Of a stretch of 33,898 nt of DNA, positions 32,950-33,898 are shown piece after piece (the stretch's first letter is position 1; each line of letters starts with the position of its first letter). A program made the translations under genes and the position numbers. The notes beneath the pieces are model-generated. The model was not told the DNA's origin. It was given only the letters and a program-made list of their open reading frames with translations, and ran no database searches. This DNA is from Octopus bimaculoides (lineage: Eukaryota): NCBI RefSeq assembly GCF_001194135.2, contig NC_069001.1, positions 35,868,204 to 35,902,101 on the forward strand, in the 5' to 3' direction.

Positions 32950-33025
32950 CCTTTAAGAGGTAAAAAGGTCGACCTTGACGAGATTTCAACTCTTGACATC
33001 CAGGGACACAAGACAAATGCTTAAC
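32950..33025 (-). mobile_element. Family C SINE fragment, inverted relative to its neighbour
   Basis: GTCGACCTTGACGAGATTTCAACTC is approximately the reverse complement of GAGTTCAAATTCCGCCGGGGTCGAC. Confidence 0.6.
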
Positions 33026-33030
33026 CAGCA

Positions 33031-33207
33031 AAATGCTTAGCGATATTTCTCCCGTCGCTACCTTCTGAGTTCAAATTCCGCCGGGGTCGACTTTGCCTTT
33101 CATCCTCTCAGGGTCGATAAATTAAGTACCAGTGAAACACTGGAGTTCGATGTAATCGACTACTCCCTTCCCCCACAATTTCAGGCCTTCTGCCTATAAC
33201 AGAAAGG

Positions 33208-33245
<38 letters not shown>

Positions 33246-33270
33246 AATTATTATTATTATTATTACTACT
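33031..33270 (+). mobile_element. Family C SINE with (ATT)n tail
   Basis: B-box-like GAGTTCAAATTCC, central GTCGACTTTGCCTTTCATCC...GGGTCGATAAATTAAGTACCAG, then AGAAAGG(ATT)n. Confidence 0.85.
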
Positions 33271-33280
33271 ACTACCACCA

Positions 33281-33480
33281 CGGTTGTGGGCTGGCAGAAT
33301 TGTTAGCACACCGGACTCAATGCTTATCGCATTTCGTCCGGCTTCATGTTCTGAGTTCAAATTCGACTTTTGGGGGTCGGTGAATTAATAAGTAAATCGC
33401 TGGAGTTTGTTACATAATCGACTGGTACCCCTCCCCTCAAAATTGCTGGCCTTGCGTTTGTAGTAGACGTGATTATTATT
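33281..33480 (+). mobile_element. Family C SINE, second tandem copy, decayed with an internal deletion
   Basis: GCTGGCAGAATTGTTAGCAC head, TTCTGAGTTCAAATTC and an (ATT)n tail. Confidence 0.75.
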
Positions 33481-33711
33481 GTTATTCATTGACAGCGTAA
33501 CTTATTAAAATTCGCGACTACTTTTACGACTATCAATGAATAAATTGTAAAACACTACACACACAGATAAACACACACACACATGTATGCTCACACACCT
33601 CCTACACTTGTAACATACACACGCACACACAGAGGCTCGTCTGTACGGTTATATTCACGGCACACCCATGCGGCCGATCAACACACACACGCGCGCACTA
33701 AATAAATGAAC

Positions 33712-33743
<32 letters not shown>

Positions 33744-33814
33744 CTTACATGTTCGCATATACACGCGCACACTCGCATACACAAGCGCATATTCGCAGTC
33801 AAACATACACACGC

Positions 33815-33882
33815 GCACGCACGCACGTACACAGAGATCCACTCTCGCACGCACGCACGTACACAGAGATCCACTCTCGCAC
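33815..33882. repeat. Perfect 32-bp tandem duplication
   Basis: GCACGCACGCACGTACACAGAGATCCACTCTC occurs twice (33815-33846 and 33847-33878). Confidence 0.95.
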
Positions 33883-33898
33883 AAACACACACACTCAC

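Noticed and set aside
866-33898. Long ORFs rich in H/T, V/C, I/Y, M/D or X (e.g. 11443-12345, 20740-21687, 15336-15935, 19492-20064)
   Set aside because: Translations of CA/TG/AT/GAT microsatellites or read-through of N gaps; no domain-like content.

Overview
AT-rich eukaryotic draft-assembly scaffold with 8 N gaps, saturated with (CA/TG)n, (AT)n, (GAT)n, (ATT)n and (GA)n microsatellites and with short interspersed repeats. The repeat families look like those I recall from octopus (coleoid cephalopod) genomes; that taxonomic call is inference. I find no confident protein-coding exon: nearly every ORF in the track is a translation of microsatellites or N gaps, so this reads as intronic or intergenic DNA. 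Supported content: several tRNA-derived SINE families (labelled B, C, D and F here), 3' ends of an RTE-like retroposon with (GAT)n tails (family A), a 5'-truncated R4/Dong-clade LINE inside an (ATT)n array, a TTAA-flanked piggyBac-type MITE family (E), four fold-back MITEs (three TA-flanked), a probable Helentron-associated (HINE/DINE-like) fragment and a Penelope-like remnant. Best leads: (1) a minimal type I hammerhead-ribozyme fold with a compensatory U3-A8 core beside a gap (18363-18404); (2) a 58-bp near-perfect AT-rich palindrome that reappears when two different DNA transposons are removed (10173-10658); (3) a hairpin whose 3' arm starts with the first 14 nt of miR-981/Mir-76 as I recall it (17575-17632). 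All alignments and folds were done by eye.
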